Assembly (NCBI GenBank): GCA_003167015.1
Contig: PMUF01000054.1
Location: forward strand, 1-62,597
Length of the DNA stretch: 62,597 nt
Source of the DNA: Chitinophagaceae bacterium
GTDB lineage: Bacteria > Bacteroidota > Bacteroidia > Chitinophagales > Chitinophagaceae
Direction of reading: 5' to 3'
Position 1 is the stretch's first letter. Each line of letters begins with the position of its first letter. Shown here in pieces: positions 21,704 through 31,853 of this stretch. The notes beneath the pieces are model-generated. The model ran no database searches. It saw only the letters and a program-made list of their open reading frames with translations, and was not told the DNA's origin. Made by a program: the position numbers and the translations under genes.

Positions 21704-22134
21704 CGGTTAAGTTCTTCTGTGAGCAATTCAGTGACAGCGGTTTGCAGCTTTTCGATAAACGGTTCCTTCCATTCGCCGAATAGGCCGAAAATATCCTTCC
21801 CGTATTTCTGCTGGAGCATTTGCGATTTCTGGTCCGTGCTATCAATGTTCATCCCCTCCGGCTGGGCTTTTGCTTCCATGGCCTCGTAGAATGATCCTGT
21901 CAGCCGCAAGTCCACGTTCCCGTAACCCGCGTTCGGATTCATCTGATTCTTTTTCCTCGCGTAACTGTCGCTCCGGTATTTCCCGATCGTCTGCCCCTTC
22001 TCGTTTACCGCGTAACTCATCTGCTCCTTCTGTTGTTCCAGGTAGGTCGGCGAGGCTTGATCCATCGACTCCAAGATCAGGTTGTCCAGATTCAGGCTGT
22101 CCACCGCTTGCATCAGGCTGCTGAGTGTCCGCAT
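21700..22134 (-). CDS. Neck/tail completion protein (HK97 gp10-like or virion morphogenesis family)
   Basis: Y..SYARKK..NVDLRLTGSFY..KYGKDIFGL pattern. Confidence 0.6.
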   Translation of the reverse strand: MRTLSSLMQAVDSLNLDNLILESMDQASPTYLEQQKEQMSYAVNEKGQTIGKYRSDSYARKKNQMNPNAGYGNVDLRLTGSFYEAMEAKAQPEGMNIDSTDQKSQMLQQKYGKDIFGLFGEWKEPFIEKLQTAVTELLTEELNR

Positions 22135-22324
22135 GCTGAATTTTTTGAGGGTTCACTAATCGGTAAATCTCCCGCAGCCGTTCTTTTCGGGCCTTGTCGG
22201 AGATCGTAAAACCGGGTTGCTTCCAGTGCTGTCTGTTTTCAGGGGCGTTTACAAAATCTTCCTCGGTCTGCTCCTGTATCACTTCCACATTGAAATGAAT
22301 CCCGCAATAGGTGATGTTGCTCAT
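21842..22324 (-). CDS. Hypothetical protein after the tail tube gene; 3' part overlaps the next gene
   Basis: Start MSNITYCG; frame stays open 293 nt into 21700..22134. Confidence 0.45.
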   Translation of the reverse strand: MSNITYCGIHFNVEVIQEQTEEDFVNAPENRQHWKQPGFTISDKARKERLREIYRLVNPQKIQHADTQQPDASGGQPESGQPDLGVDGSSLADLPGTTEGADELRGKREGADDREIPERQLREEKESDESERGLRERGLAADRIILRGHGSKSPAGGDEH

Positions 22325-22368
22325 GTTAAAAGGAGGGGCCTTCCTCACGGTCAGCCCCCGTTTAATGA

Positions 22369-23334
22369 TTAAGAAGAGGTTACATCCATGATAGCAGACT
22401 CTCCGGCGAACCCTACTAGGCCATTCGCTGCAAGAACCGAAGGCAGCGCAAAGGCCAGCACGATGTTTCCATCCGTCGGGTAATTCGCATTCCCGGTGGG
22501 GAACTGAATATTGAACGTCTGGTTGGAAACGATCGGCGTGACGGAAGTGATCGGAAGGACAGCTCCCGTATCTCCATTCGTCGCGCCCAGGGTCGTCGTG
22601 TTGAATTCCGCGCTGTATAGGCTATACAGGTTCGTGCCGCCGTTTTCCGTGAGGAAAGTGACGTTTGCGAGGCCCGTCGCCTGGTTCCAGCCGTTGACCA
22701 CAATACGAATGTCCTGCAGACCGACGATCTGGCCCATGTTGAAGCCGGCATTGAAGTACTCGGCAACATCATTCGCGTATATTTTTGCGAACACAAAATG
22801 CACGGTGTACTTAGCCGTCTTTGAGCCGTCATTCATCATCCAGGGCAGCGCATCGAAGATCTGAAGCGGAATCGCTGCGAACTTGCCGTTGTTGTTATAG
22901 CCCAGTACGTTGTTATTCTTGTCATAGAATATCGCGTATGCCGTACTATTACCGTCATGGGTCTGCAAGGCCTGCAGGAGGGGAAATCCGCCCGAGGTAA
23001 AATCGAACGACCAATCGTAGGTCCCGTCCCTTACTTTGGCTTTGGAGCCGTCGCTGAAGGTCTGGATGGTCGGTTTTTCGGTAGCATCCTCCGGATTGAG
23101 AAAATTACCGATAGGATATCCTCGTGGCGCACCCCCCAACACGCCGCCGGGAAGGTTCTGCCAGGCATTTGCCTGAAGAAAGACCGCTAAATTAGCCAGC
23201 CATTGGGCCTCGAAGACCATAGGCTGATCCCAGATGATGGCGCCGGCCATGAGCTTCCAATCCAGCGGACACCCCGCGCCGAATCCGGTGTTTTTCCGGG
23301 TTGAAGCGCAGTTTAATTCGTGAATGAGTGCCAT
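22369..23334 (-). CDS. Major tail tube protein (probable)
   Basis: 321 aa beta-rich, follows head-tail genes; N-terminal C..NTG..C motif. Confidence 0.6.
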   Translation of the reverse strand: MALIHELNCASTRKNTGFGAGCPLDWKLMAGAIIWDQPMVFEAQWLANLAVFLQANAWQNLPGGVLGGAPRGYPIGNFLNPEDATEKPTIQTFSDGSKAKVRDGTYDWSFDFTSGGFPLLQALQTHDGNSTAYAIFYDKNNNVLGYNNNGKFAAIPLQIFDALPWMMNDGSKTAKYTVHFVFAKIYANDVAEYFNAGFNMGQIVGLQDIRIVVNGWNQATGLANVTFLTENGGTNLYSLYSAEFNTTTLGATNGDTGAVLPITSVTPIVSNQTFNIQFPTGNANYPTDGNIVLAFALPSVLAANGLVGFAGESAIMDVTSS

Positions 23335-23357
23335 AAAAAATGTTGTTTATCTGCTTG

Positions 23358-23942
23358 TTAGCAGGGTTGATAATCAATTTTTAACTGAAGGTTTTGAATA
23401 TCGATCGCATCGACAAAATCGTTGAGCACTGACCGGTCCGTCCCGCCTGAACCCACTACCTTGCTCGTTCCCCAAAATGACCGGTCCCACTTGTCATGGG
23501 AGATCAGATCGGGAGAAGAAGGAAAGGTCATGTTACTCAGGGCGAGATTTTTCATGAGGGAATAATAAATCGGGTAGAGCACAGGCTTGAACACATTCGT
23601 ATACCGGTCGGTGATTTTGTAATCATCTTCCGTCTGGTGACAGATCAGGACTTGAAGACTGAGATCCGCATAGACTCCGGCCAACTTCCCGCGGTGCTCG
23701 ACGAAATCCTGGACGACGTAGATCATCGGGTATTTACCCATCCGCTGGGCGGGATTGGTATCCCATTGTCCCAACGTGACGATTAACTCCCGGAAGTGAC
23801 CATACTGGTAATTGATCGTCGTGATCATCGTGGACCCCAAAGCCGCCGTTTCATTAGCCTGAATAGTCGCGAGGACGTCCTCGATCACCGCCTGGACGAC
23901 CGTCCCAATCAAATCAACGATATAGACAGGTTTTGTCGTCAT
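23358..23942 (-). CDS. Head-tail joining / tail terminator protein (probable)
   Basis: Position; KYPMIYV..R..NVFKPVLYPIY pattern. Confidence 0.55.
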   Translation of the reverse strand: MTTKPVYIVDLIGTVVQAVIEDVLATIQANETAALGSTMITTINYQYGHFRELIVTLGQWDTNPAQRMGKYPMIYVVQDFVEHRGKLAGVYADLSLQVLICHQTEDDYKITDRYTNVFKPVLYPIYYSLMKNLALSNMTFPSSPDLISHDKWDRSFWGTSKVVGSGGTDRSVLNDFVDAIDIQNLQLKIDYQPC

Positions 23943-24862
23943 ATGTTGAAGGGATTGATGGGTTGAAAAAACGGGTAATTGATCTTCGTCCGGTCATAAC
24001 TTGCGTAATAGGTCGGCCCCTGCTGTACATACATGGCTTCCAGGTACTGCCAGAGTTTGAAGACGTCTAAAACCATTTGGCTCCACGCGTCCACCATCCT
24101 CCAGGAAGGATTCGCCCTTTCTGCGTTCTCCGGGTTCGGCTGAACGATCCCAGCCCCTGTGTTCATGCTGATCTGATCTCTGACCCATAGATAGTACACA
24201 TATCCCGCTATCGGGCTCACATACTGGTTTGACGGCACCCCGACGTTGTTGGCCGTGGTGATGGTGATGATCAGCACATCCTGAGATCCCCAAACGTCTC
24301 CCGGCGCGAGCAGGGTGAATGTCTGGTTGTTGTTGGATAATGCGTAATCAATCCCTTGTATCAGAGGACCCACCCCGCGACGGTTGATGCTATATGTCGC
24401 ATTCGCCAACCCGGAATACGTGTAGGAATTCGCTCCTACCACCGGGTTCGGCCAATTCGCCGTCGGATTTCCTGTTGGATTCCCGGCGATCAGCGTGACC
24501 GTCGGAGACAACGGAGTAGGAGAAACGAACGTCGTCTGCGTGGCAAACCCAGGAAAATACATATCCCGTTGAGAATTCAGCCAGTAGTACCAATTGTACA
24601 TATTGAAGCCCATGTACCAGTTCGGCCAGTTCGAAACCGATTTGAACTGCACCCCATTCAGGAGGGCCAGCCACCGCGGATCAATGACCGGCTGGGCTAA
24701 CCCCGTCAGGAAATCCTGCCAGAGGTCGTAACCGAGGGCCGCTTCCAGGAATTGCGGTTCCGCGCGGTTGATGAACAGTTGTAAATTGTTCTGCACGGAC
24801 TGCTGTCCCAGTTGCGCCACCGTTAAAGGGCCAATGAAATATGACGTATCGATCAGGCTCAT
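23939..24862 (-). CDS. Head-tail adaptor protein with inserted beta domain (probable)
   Basis: Directly after the capsid gene; LID.SYF..E..FL..LG..L and SPIAGYVYY motifs. Confidence 0.6.
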   Translation of the reverse strand: MSLIDTSYFIGPLTVAQLGQQSVQNNLQLFINRAEPQFLEAALGYDLWQDFLTGLAQPVIDPRWLALLNGVQFKSVSNWPNWYMGFNMYNWYYWLNSQRDMYFPGFATQTTFVSPTPLSPTVTLIAGNPTGNPTANWPNPVVGANSYTYSGLANATYSINRRGVGPLIQGIDYALSNNNQTFTLLAPGDVWGSQDVLIITITTANNVGVPSNQYVSPIAGYVYYLWVRDQISMNTGAGIVQPNPENAERANPSWRMVDAWSQMVLDVFKLWQYLEAMYVQQGPTYYASYDRTKINYPFFQPINPFNI

Positions 24863-24864
24863 GA

Positions 24865-26172
24865 TTAGCTACCGATGATCGGTGCGGAGTTGGTATTCAT
24901 TTGTTCAGCGATATATTTAGCGTCGGCATACATGATCGCATTCTGCCGGGCCGTCGAGATGAAGTCATGGAAACGCACCTCGGAAACGACGGTATACTGG
25001 TTGCGGATCAGGTCATCATTGATCCAGCCGATTTTCAGGCTGAAATCCTCATAAATGAAGACCTTGAACTGCTTCAGATCCCCGACGAGGGCGTAGTCCG
25101 CGAAGACGTTATTGCCCTGTTTGGGATTGATTTGCTGCACCATTTCTTCCGGAGGCACGTTGTAACGACCATACAGGTCCTTGCTCATCACCATCTTACC
25201 GTAGGTGATCGGATTCAGCAGGCTCACGTTCGGCACGAAGTTGGCCAGACGGACGGCCGTACCCATCGCAAAGAGAGCGTCCCAGATCGTGGCATCCAAA
25301 ATCTGTCCCTTGTACGGAGCGATCGTCAATCCATTTGGTCCGAGCGGAGTGGTGAAGTTCAACTGCGTAGCTGCGGCAATCAGGTCGGCCTGGATCTGCA
25401 AGTCATACGCACGTGCCACGTCCATCTGAAGCAGGCTTTTGACCAGATTAGCCAGGTAGTTCAGATCCTTGTCGAATTCTTCGGTGATCTGGATGTAATC
25501 GGCGACCTTTTTGGCCTGACTGTACATGACCTGAAAAGTCCGGTAAGAGCTGGGCTTTGGCGCGCCTTCCAATACGAGGGCCGGTAAGCCTACCAGGGAG
25601 GTTTCATTGATCCACGCCATCCTTGAAAGATCAGTGCTCGCCGTGTCAACGTAATTGCTCACGAAGAGCGGGTTGCGGATGATGTCGTATACGCTGAGGG
25701 CTTCATTCGAGATACCCGGCGCATAAGGCGATGTTGGGGGCGCGGCCATCGGCGATACGCTATTTCCGATAGAAGTCACCGTTTTCAGGTTCTTAATGTC
25801 CTTAAAGTCAATCCGGATGAAACCCGAACCGTCTTTGCGCATTTTGGCGATGTCGTCCATGTGCGGCTTCAGGATTTCCTGCAACGTGGTTTGCTGTTCT
25901 CCCTTGACCTCAATGACGTTTTTCAGTCCATTCAGAATTTCCCCCTGTTCGCGGAGGACCTTTTCCAGGTTGGTAGCTTTCGTGCCGTAATCAGCGAGTG
26001 CGGCTTGCAGGAGTCCGTCGAACTCCTCTTTTTTGATCGCGCCTGCGCTGAGTTTGGTAACGGCCGCATCAACCTGGGTCTGCACACTCTTTTGGAATTC
26101 CGCGTCTTTTAGCGCGAATTCCGAGGCTATCTTGTCTTTGATAGCCTTTAATTCATCTGCTGTCAGTGCCAT
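24865..26172 (-). CDS. Major capsid protein (HK97 fold, N-terminal scaffold/delta domain)
   Basis: Coiled-coil N-terminus; EGAPKP, KVADYIQITEE, LLNP, GDLKQF, RNQYTVVSEVR. Confidence 0.9.
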   Translation of the reverse strand: MALTADELKAIKDKIASEFALKDAEFQKSVQTQVDAAVTKLSAGAIKKEEFDGLLQAALADYGTKATNLEKVLREQGEILNGLKNVIEVKGEQQTTLQEILKPHMDDIAKMRKDGSGFIRIDFKDIKNLKTVTSIGNSVSPMAAPPTSPYAPGISNEALSVYDIIRNPLFVSNYVDTASTDLSRMAWINETSLVGLPALVLEGAPKPSSYRTFQVMYSQAKKVADYIQITEEFDKDLNYLANLVKSLLQMDVARAYDLQIQADLIAAATQLNFTTPLGPNGLTIAPYKGQILDATIWDALFAMGTAVRLANFVPNVSLLNPITYGKMVMSKDLYGRYNVPPEEMVQQINPKQGNNVFADYALVGDLKQFKVFIYEDFSLKIGWINDDLIRNQYTVVSEVRFHDFISTARQNAIMYADAKYIAEQMNTNSAPIIGS

Positions 26173-26181
26173 AATGTTAAA

Positions 26182-27174
26182 TTAGCTGGTGAAAAAATTG
26201 GTTTCTTCGAGCGCAGCCTTCAGGTCTTTGATCGGCTCATCCAGTGCTTTTTGGCGCGGCTGGCGGAGTGATTTTCCATCCCCTTGGATATCTGCTTTTA
26301 TGTCGAGGACTTTGGACATACAATCGGTATGTATGTCCTTCATCTCTTTCATACTGTCTGTGAGGTCGTCGTTATCCACGGCGCCCTGGTATTGATCGAT
26401 CAGGTCCAGGCCCTTTGCATGCACACCCAGGCATTTGTGGATGTAGTCCATGTTGGGGTCTTCCGATTCATCCGGATCGTCCTGCTCGGGGTCCTGCGGG
26501 ACCGTATCGCCTTTGAGTCGGGCCGCGGCGAGTTGAATGTTTTTGGTGATGATCTGCCGGCATGCGTATTGTTGCTCCGCCGGTAAGGATTTGATGAAAC
26601 TCTCGGTTTCTTTCAGCAGTTTTTGTTTTGCGTCTTTCATTTGTGAAGATTTCATGCCGTCAAAAAATGTGTATTCGTTCGCACCGAGGGTCACAACGGA
26701 GCCCTCGAATAAGTTGATTTCTTTGCAGACAAAGGCATCCAGGGCTTCGTCGTACTCCATTTTGTCCCAGACGTAAGAAAATCCAATACTGAATTGGTCG
26801 AGGACGTTATCTTTCAGCTGCGCCAGTGCGCGTTTTGCATTGGGAACAGCTTCGGGATCGCTTAATTTCGCCTCGAAATAAAGGCCGATATTATCTTCCT
26901 TCAATACGGTCATCTTGCCGATCGGATCAGCCATATCATGTTGCCAGAGGAAAGCGATCTTCCGATGCGTATCACTATTGGGTCCCCGTTCGGTGATCGA
27001 TTTCGCAAATGCCCCTTTGACAATCATGTCGTAATCGCTGTCGACGACATTGAATATGGACAGATAGCCGCTGACCGTCAGACTGTTTTCATCAAACGTG
27101 TATTTGTACTCATGCAGGCTTTTGTAGTTCACCGGCAGTGCGGGGCGGCTATATTTACTTTTCTTGGTTTGCAT
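26182..27174 (-). CDS. HK97-family prohead protease with C-terminal extension
   Basis: GYLSIFNVVDS..KGAF..FLWQHD..PIG..ED..GL..FSIGF..LFEGSVVT.GAN. Confidence 0.92.
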   Translation of the reverse strand: MQTKKSKYSRPALPVNYKSLHEYKYTFDENSLTVSGYLSIFNVVDSDYDMIVKGAFAKSITERGPNSDTHRKIAFLWQHDMADPIGKMTVLKEDNIGLYFEAKLSDPEAVPNAKRALAQLKDNVLDQFSIGFSYVWDKMEYDEALDAFVCKEINLFEGSVVTLGANEYTFFDGMKSSQMKDAKQKLLKETESFIKSLPAEQQYACRQIITKNIQLAAARLKGDTVPQDPEQDDPDESEDPNMDYIHKCLGVHAKGLDLIDQYQGAVDNDDLTDSMKEMKDIHTDCMSKVLDIKADIQGDGKSLRQPRQKALDEPIKDLKAALEETNFFTS

Positions 27175-27184
27175 GGCGATATAA

Positions 27185-28636
27185 TTATGTTTGAGGTTCT
27201 GTTTCTGTTGCCGGAGCCGCAGCCGGCTCAAATTTTGGTTGGTTCTCCGTGGGCAATGCAGGGGCTTGATCCAATAAAGACGCATGCCCTTGGGTCTGGT
27301 AATAATAGATATCGCCATCCTCCGTTGGATCTATCCCGTTCTGCATCCGCCAATAGTTCAACGTGATCAGGTTATTTTCCCACTCAATTTCCAATGCCTG
27401 ATTCATGTTCAAGCGGGCTTGCCCCATCAAAACCTGGTCCTGTTGAAGTATCGGCAGGTGGTCGTAAGACTTCGATAGCGACATCGGACTGTCGTCAAGC
27501 TTAAAAAACTTGTTCCACTGATCGTACATTGCTATGGACTCTGGAATGGTGCCGTCCTCGTAGACCTGCTTTTTGAAACTGTCCGCCGAACTTACGTTGG
27601 GGCCTTTTTCCGTATTCAATAGAGGCGAAGGATAATTGTATGCGTCACAAATTCGCATGATGTCATCGACCACTTCTTCAAACAGCATTAAATCCTTGGT
27701 AGGCTTGCCCATCGCCTTCCAGTCCATCGGAGCCGGGGATATGATGTGCCGCCATTGTCCTCGCTTATTCCCGTATTGGCGCTTAAAATCTGCCTGTAAT
27801 TGATCTTTCTCGGCTTCTCTCAATGGGATGGGCCCCATGCTGTCAACCGTTGGCGTCAGCAACCCCTGGGCGCCCGCGTAATTGATCAGTTCGTTCCGCG
27901 CTTCATAAGCAGATGCAATATTATTAATCGGCATCGCCAAGGGCTTTACCCGCGAACCTGGGAAATATTGGCTACTGAATGACGGCGTAAAGTCTTTGAA
28001 GATGAACAGCTTATTGATATCGATCTCCTGATGCATATCCTGATAATGCACAATCAGGTTCGTGACAATGTCGCTCGGCTTTTCGGCCCTGTACCACATC
28101 TTGGTCTTATTCTCCATCGCCGTAATCATGTACGGAGGTATGATATGAATGCTCGACGCCTGGGATAGGTCGTTCCCGTAGACCGCCTCGAAGCCGGCTG
28201 GGTATATCGGCATAATAGGGCACCATCCGAACAGCAGGACGAAAATCTCCAATTGCGCCTCAAAATCTTGCCAAGATTGCGTTAGGTTGGGAGTCCGCAG
28301 TAGTTTCCTGATCCTTTTGGCCTGGTCACCTGTCGCGTCTTTGCCCTTCGTGTTGAGCAGCAACGTCTTCCCATTAATATAGGCTTGCGCCTTGCGCCCG
28401 ATGATGGCAGCCAATGGCGGGCACGTATTGAACGCTTTCGTGGCCGAGGTCGCCCCATCGAAGATGAACCGGTAATCGATCCCATTGGGGCCGAAGAACC
28501 AGTTCGGACCGCCGGTGTTATCGCGGAACTGAGAAGGAACCAGGACGGCCGCCTCGGCAATGTAAGGGTCGCCGATCCATTTCGCGGACAACCCCCGGAT
28601 AAGTTTCTGGCTGGCTATGGCGAGGCTATTTCCCAT
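27185..28636 (-). CDS. Portal protein
   Basis: 483 aa upstream of the protease; LL.TPN..QSW..F..LLFG, ICDAYNYPSPLL, LITLNYWR. Confidence 0.85.
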   Translation of the reverse strand: MGNSLAIASQKLIRGLSAKWIGDPYIAEAAVLVPSQFRDNTGGPNWFFGPNGIDYRFIFDGATSATKAFNTCPPLAAIIGRKAQAYINGKTLLLNTKGKDATGDQAKRIRKLLRTPNLTQSWQDFEAQLEIFVLLFGWCPIMPIYPAGFEAVYGNDLSQASSIHIIPPYMITAMENKTKMWYRAEKPSDIVTNLIVHYQDMHQEIDINKLFIFKDFTPSFSSQYFPGSRVKPLAMPINNIASAYEARNELINYAGAQGLLTPTVDSMGPIPLREAEKDQLQADFKRQYGNKRGQWRHIISPAPMDWKAMGKPTKDLMLFEEVVDDIMRICDAYNYPSPLLNTEKGPNVSSADSFKKQVYEDGTIPESIAMYDQWNKFFKLDDSPMSLSKSYDHLPILQQDQVLMGQARLNMNQALEIEWENNLITLNYWRMQNGIDPTEDGDIYYYQTQGHASLLDQAPALPTENQPKFEPAAAPATETEPQT

Positions 28637-28757
28637 TCACGCGTGGCTTTTTCAGTCGGAGGGATAATCGGTCCTGATAGGCTTGGACAACGGGGCTTAT
28701 TTTTTTGGTGGATGTACTCTTTTGATTCTTAGGAGTTTCCATGATGAAAAAATAAAG

Positions 28758-28773
28758 CGTTTCGCGTGGAACA
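28758..28773. promoter_or_regulatory. parS-like site in the divergent intergenic region
   Basis: CGTTTCGCGTGGAACA, 2 mismatches to TGTTTCACGTGGAACA. Confidence 0.35.
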
Positions 28774-28845
28774 ATTTGATTTTTTTGGGTAAGTCAATAC
28801 ATTTCGTCAATTTTAAGCCCATAATGTAACTTTTAACCTCACAGA

Positions 28846-29508
28846 ATGACAATTTGCATCCCTTTGGCAAGCGAATCGACGAATGACTTCCTGGATCTTC
28901 GGTACGCTTTGAGGGGATTGGAACTTTACGTTAAGCCGGAGAAAATTTACGTTATCGGGGGATTGCCGGAGTGGATTCAAGGGGTTGAGCACATCCCGGC
29001 GACTGACCGCCCGGAACCCCACCAACGGGAGCGGAATATGTTCGAAAAGCTGCTCCTGTGCCCATCCAATGAGTTTTTAATGGTTCATGACGATCACTAC
29101 CTCCTGCACCCCTGGCAGGAGCAATACGCCTGGGATATCAGCCTCTTGAACAAATTCTACAGTTTGTCCCGGAACTCCAACTACAAAAAGACAGTCGCTA
29201 ATACGCTCAGAATAGCGCCTAAAGGCAATAACCATGACGTTCACTGTCCAATGGTCATGAATCGGGGTATCCTTCAGAAAATGCGCGTCTTCCGCTGGTC
29301 GGACCCATTTGGATTTTGTGTGAAGTCGTCATATTGCTCCTATTCAAGGATTTCCGGCGTTCAGACAGAGGACTGCAAGTTCCGCGCTCCCTTCACGGCA
29401 AAGGAGCTAAAAGGACGGTCCTGGTTTAGCACGGCGGACGGAGTGGTGGAAAAGATGGTGCCGCTTTTTGATAAATTGTATTCAAAACCTTCACGATATG
29501 AGCAATAA
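28846..29508 (+). CDS. Stealth-like sugar-phosphotransferase / GT-A-like protein
   Basis: DLRYALRGLE (cf. Stealth ELRYSLRS), IYVIG..PEW, EFLMVHDDHY, H.P motif. Confidence 0.65.
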   Translation: MTICIPLASESTNDFLDLRYALRGLELYVKPEKIYVIGGLPEWIQGVEHIPATDRPEPHQRERNMFEKLLLCPSNEFLMVHDDHYLLHPWQEQYAWDISLLNKFYSLSRNSNYKKTVANTLRIAPKGNNHDVHCPMVMNRGILQKMRVFRWSDPFGFCVKSSYCSYSRISGVQTEDCKFRAPFTAKELKGRSWFSTADGVVEKMVPLFDKLYSKPSRYEQ

Positions 29509-29656
29509 CAGGAAAAGGACAAGCGCCCGTAAAATTCAGACGGTATTGGGCAAACCGATGCCAATTAGGACAGAAGTGGATAAAAGGAGACTGCGGAAGG
29601 TATTGTCCCGCTCAATGGTGTTACTTCAGATAAAACACATGCCGCTACCCTCATGA
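29498..29656 (+). CDS. Small basic hypothetical protein
   Basis: MSNNRKRT start, overlaps both neighbours. Confidence 0.4.
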   Translation: MSNNRKRTSARKIQTVLGKPMPIRTEVDKRRLRKVLSRSMVLLQIKHMPLPS

Positions 29657-29883
29657 TCTGGATCATCCTCTCCGCCATCCTCTACGCCCTCACCTGCGGG
29701 ATAGCCCTGGTGCTGATCTGCAATGGAGAGGAACCGGCGAATCGGAAGGATGCCTACTTCGACGTCCGCAATATCGGAGTAGCGCTGTTCTGGCCGGGGG
29801 TGCTGATCGGGTGGGGGATATGGGCAGCCGGCAAGCGGATTTTTAAGGAGAAAACAAAAACTGTAGATAATGGGAAAGTATGA
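29653..29883 (+). CDS. Small two-TM membrane protein
   Basis: Two hydrophobic helices, FWP motif, basic tail. Confidence 0.6.
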   Translation: MIWIILSAILYALTCGIALVLICNGEEPANRKDAYFDVRNIGVALFWPGVLIGWGIWAAGKRIFKEKTKTVDNGKV

Positions 29884-30253
29884 TAATATGACACGGGAAT
29901 GGCTCGTGAACGAGGTTATTACTTTGGAGGACAATTTGGCCAGGGCTAAAAAACAGTTGGCCTTTGAGTTGGAATTTAGGCGTGCCAAAGCCTTTCTGAA
30001 TAGCAACGGCTATGAGGTAGTTGGTAAGGACGAATTTGCCGAAAAATTGAAGGGTTCCGATTTCGAAGGGATGCCTGCCGCCTACCGGAACGATAATGTC
30101 TTTGTGGTCAACACTTCTGCGCCTCTTCCAATTTCATGGCGAGATGCCAACATGATTGACTTTGCCCGTTGGTGCAAAACTGCGGAAAACTTTCATGCTG
30201 ATCCGGCCCAATTGATTGAAAAATATAAAGTTTTGACAAATGCGGGTCATTAA
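29870..30253 (+). CDS. Hypothetical protein
   Basis: Coupled ORF in the + strand operon. Confidence 0.55.
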   Translation: MGKYDNMTREWLVNEVITLEDNLARAKKQLAFELEFRRAKAFLNSNGYEVVGKDEFAEKLKGSDFEGMPAAYRNDNVFVVNTSAPLPISWRDANMIDFARWCKTAENFHADPAQLIEKYKVLTNAGH

Positions 30254-31097
30254 AACGAATCCGGGAATTGGTGACGCGATTTTCATATTTCAGAAGATTT
30301 TTAATTCTGGCGAACGATTCAATTTCAAAATACATGACGGGAGTCCGCGTCGGGGCAAGCAGATATTTGATTTGCTGCCGCAGCTTTCAGCCTCCTGCGA
30401 ATACGTCCCCGGCCTTCCCTATTCGGTCGTCGGCCCCCGGAATATCCAGCGGACGAAAAAGTACTGGCGGATGATTGTGGAGCAGGATTTCTTTTTGTCG
30501 GCGAACGAACACTTGGAATCTGGTGCCAGAATCGAGACCTTCCTCCCCGACCTGCCGACCAGCTATTCCCTCCCCTTTCAGACGCAAGAGTGGGAGGAAG
30601 TGGTAAAAACGGATTTCCCTGGAGGGCCGTACATCGGGATTTACGCAAGTGCTTATAGCACAGCGAGAAACTGGGGTTTTTGGGATCACTCCCCCTGGGC
30701 GGACCTTTGCGGCATGATGCTGGAATACATCCCGGATGCGACCTTTGTGCTAATCGGTGCCGAATGGGACAGCCCGCTCGCCGCCAATCTGGCAAACCTC
30801 CTCAGGGAAGACGGCATCCGGTTTATTTCGACGATCGGCAAACCACTGGGCTATGTGATCGAAATGATGAAGCGCCTCGCCTATGGGTTCTATTTCCCGT
30901 CTGGGCTCGGGATACTGTCAGGGATGCTACATTGCAAATCGGTCATGTTTTATCCCGCCGCTTTGCCCAAACTCGGAACGACCTGGGCCGATCCTCAGAT
31001 CATCGCTGACCAGAGTTTCAAGGAATGCCAGTTTACGACGCCGGAGAATATTTTCAGGTGGGTTCGGGACAACTATAAACTGAAAGATCGGTTATGA
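30240..31097 (+). CDS. GT9-like (heptosyltransferase-type, GT-B) glycosyltransferase
   Basis: GIGDAIF; YIGI..S...RNW..W; FVLIG..D; SGL..L motifs. Confidence 0.7.
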   Translation: MRVIKTNPGIGDAIFIFQKIFNSGERFNFKIHDGSPRRGKQIFDLLPQLSASCEYVPGLPYSVVGPRNIQRTKKYWRMIVEQDFFLSANEHLESGARIETFLPDLPTSYSLPFQTQEWEEVVKTDFPGGPYIGIYASAYSTARNWGFWDHSPWADLCGMMLEYIPDATFVLIGAEWDSPLAANLANLLREDGIRFISTIGKPLGYVIEMMKRLAYGFYFPSGLGILSGMLHCKSVMFYPAALPKLGTTWADPQIIADQSFKECQFTTPENIFRWVRDNYKLKDRL

Positions 31098-31330
31098 AAA
31101 GGGTGATGACCAAGCACGGATTGGTGGAATATCTCCACGAGGATCCCGACCCACTTCCCAGGCCGATGAACGGCGCCTATTTGAAGCGGGAAGGCTACGA
31201 GAAGGACGGGAGTGCGTACTTCAAGGATGAAATCTCGCTGTGGTATGACGGTGCTTTTTGGTGGGTATTCTTTTGGTGCGCGATGTTCCGGGTCGAAACG
31301 ATTGAAGAATTTGAAAAGTTGGTGAAATGA
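31094..31330 (+). CDS. Hypothetical protein
   Basis: ATGA-coupled. Confidence 0.55.
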   Translation: MKRVMTKHGLVEYLHEDPDPLPRPMNGAYLKREGYEKDGSAYFKDEISLWYDGAFWWVFFWCAMFRVETIEEFEKLVK

Positions 31331-31472
31331 AAAAAATAATAATTGACAACATTCCAAATGCGATAGCGATGGTTGTTATTTTAGGAATTCTATGTGTGTT
31401 TTTTTGGGCGTTGAAAAATGGGTCATCGCGCAAATGGGATTAGATTCAAGCTTTTTAAAAATTGGTAAAAGT

Positions 31473-31853
31473 ATGAGTAAAAAGCGCGTAATTCAGCATT
31501 CCGAACAGGTCAGACATATTGTTTGGCAGGATGGCATAGAAATTCATTCTCGCTTGCAGATAAGACGAAAATGGTGGCATTCTTGGCAGAGCATATACCC
31601 ATATAAGATTGACTTCCAGTTGCGGGAAGATTTCATACAACCGCAAGAGCCGGCGCGTCAGTTCATTCATATAAACCCGTCGCATATAGGTTGGTTCAGC
31701 TATTCCGAAGGCCACGGTGAACTTGAATTTTGGGATAAGTCCACTTTCGATCTCGACAAGCGGTTGAAGGAAATATTCGAAGAATATATTTCCAGCAGGC
31801 GCCGTCAACAAGAATCAGCCCTTATTGCAGAACGTCAAATTGAATCCTTATGA
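31473..31853 (+). CDS. Hypothetical protein
   Basis: Likely start MSKKRV; preceded by a 38-aa TM ORF at 31327..31443. Confidence 0.5.
   Translation: MSKKRVIQHSEQVRHIVWQDGIEIHSRLQIRRKWWHSWQSIYPYKIDFQLREDFIQPQEPARQFIHINPSHIGWFSYSEGHGELEFWDKSTFDLDKRLKEIFEEYISSRRRQQESALIAERQIESL

Noticed and set aside
21488-22140. Programmed -1 frameshift for tail assembly chaperones
   Set aside because: The overlapping ORF pairs are in the +1 relationship, and no convincing slippery site joins them
121-28560. Many + strand ORFs across the structural and lysis region
   Set aside because: They are antisense shadows of well-supported minus-strand genes and have no recognisable motifs
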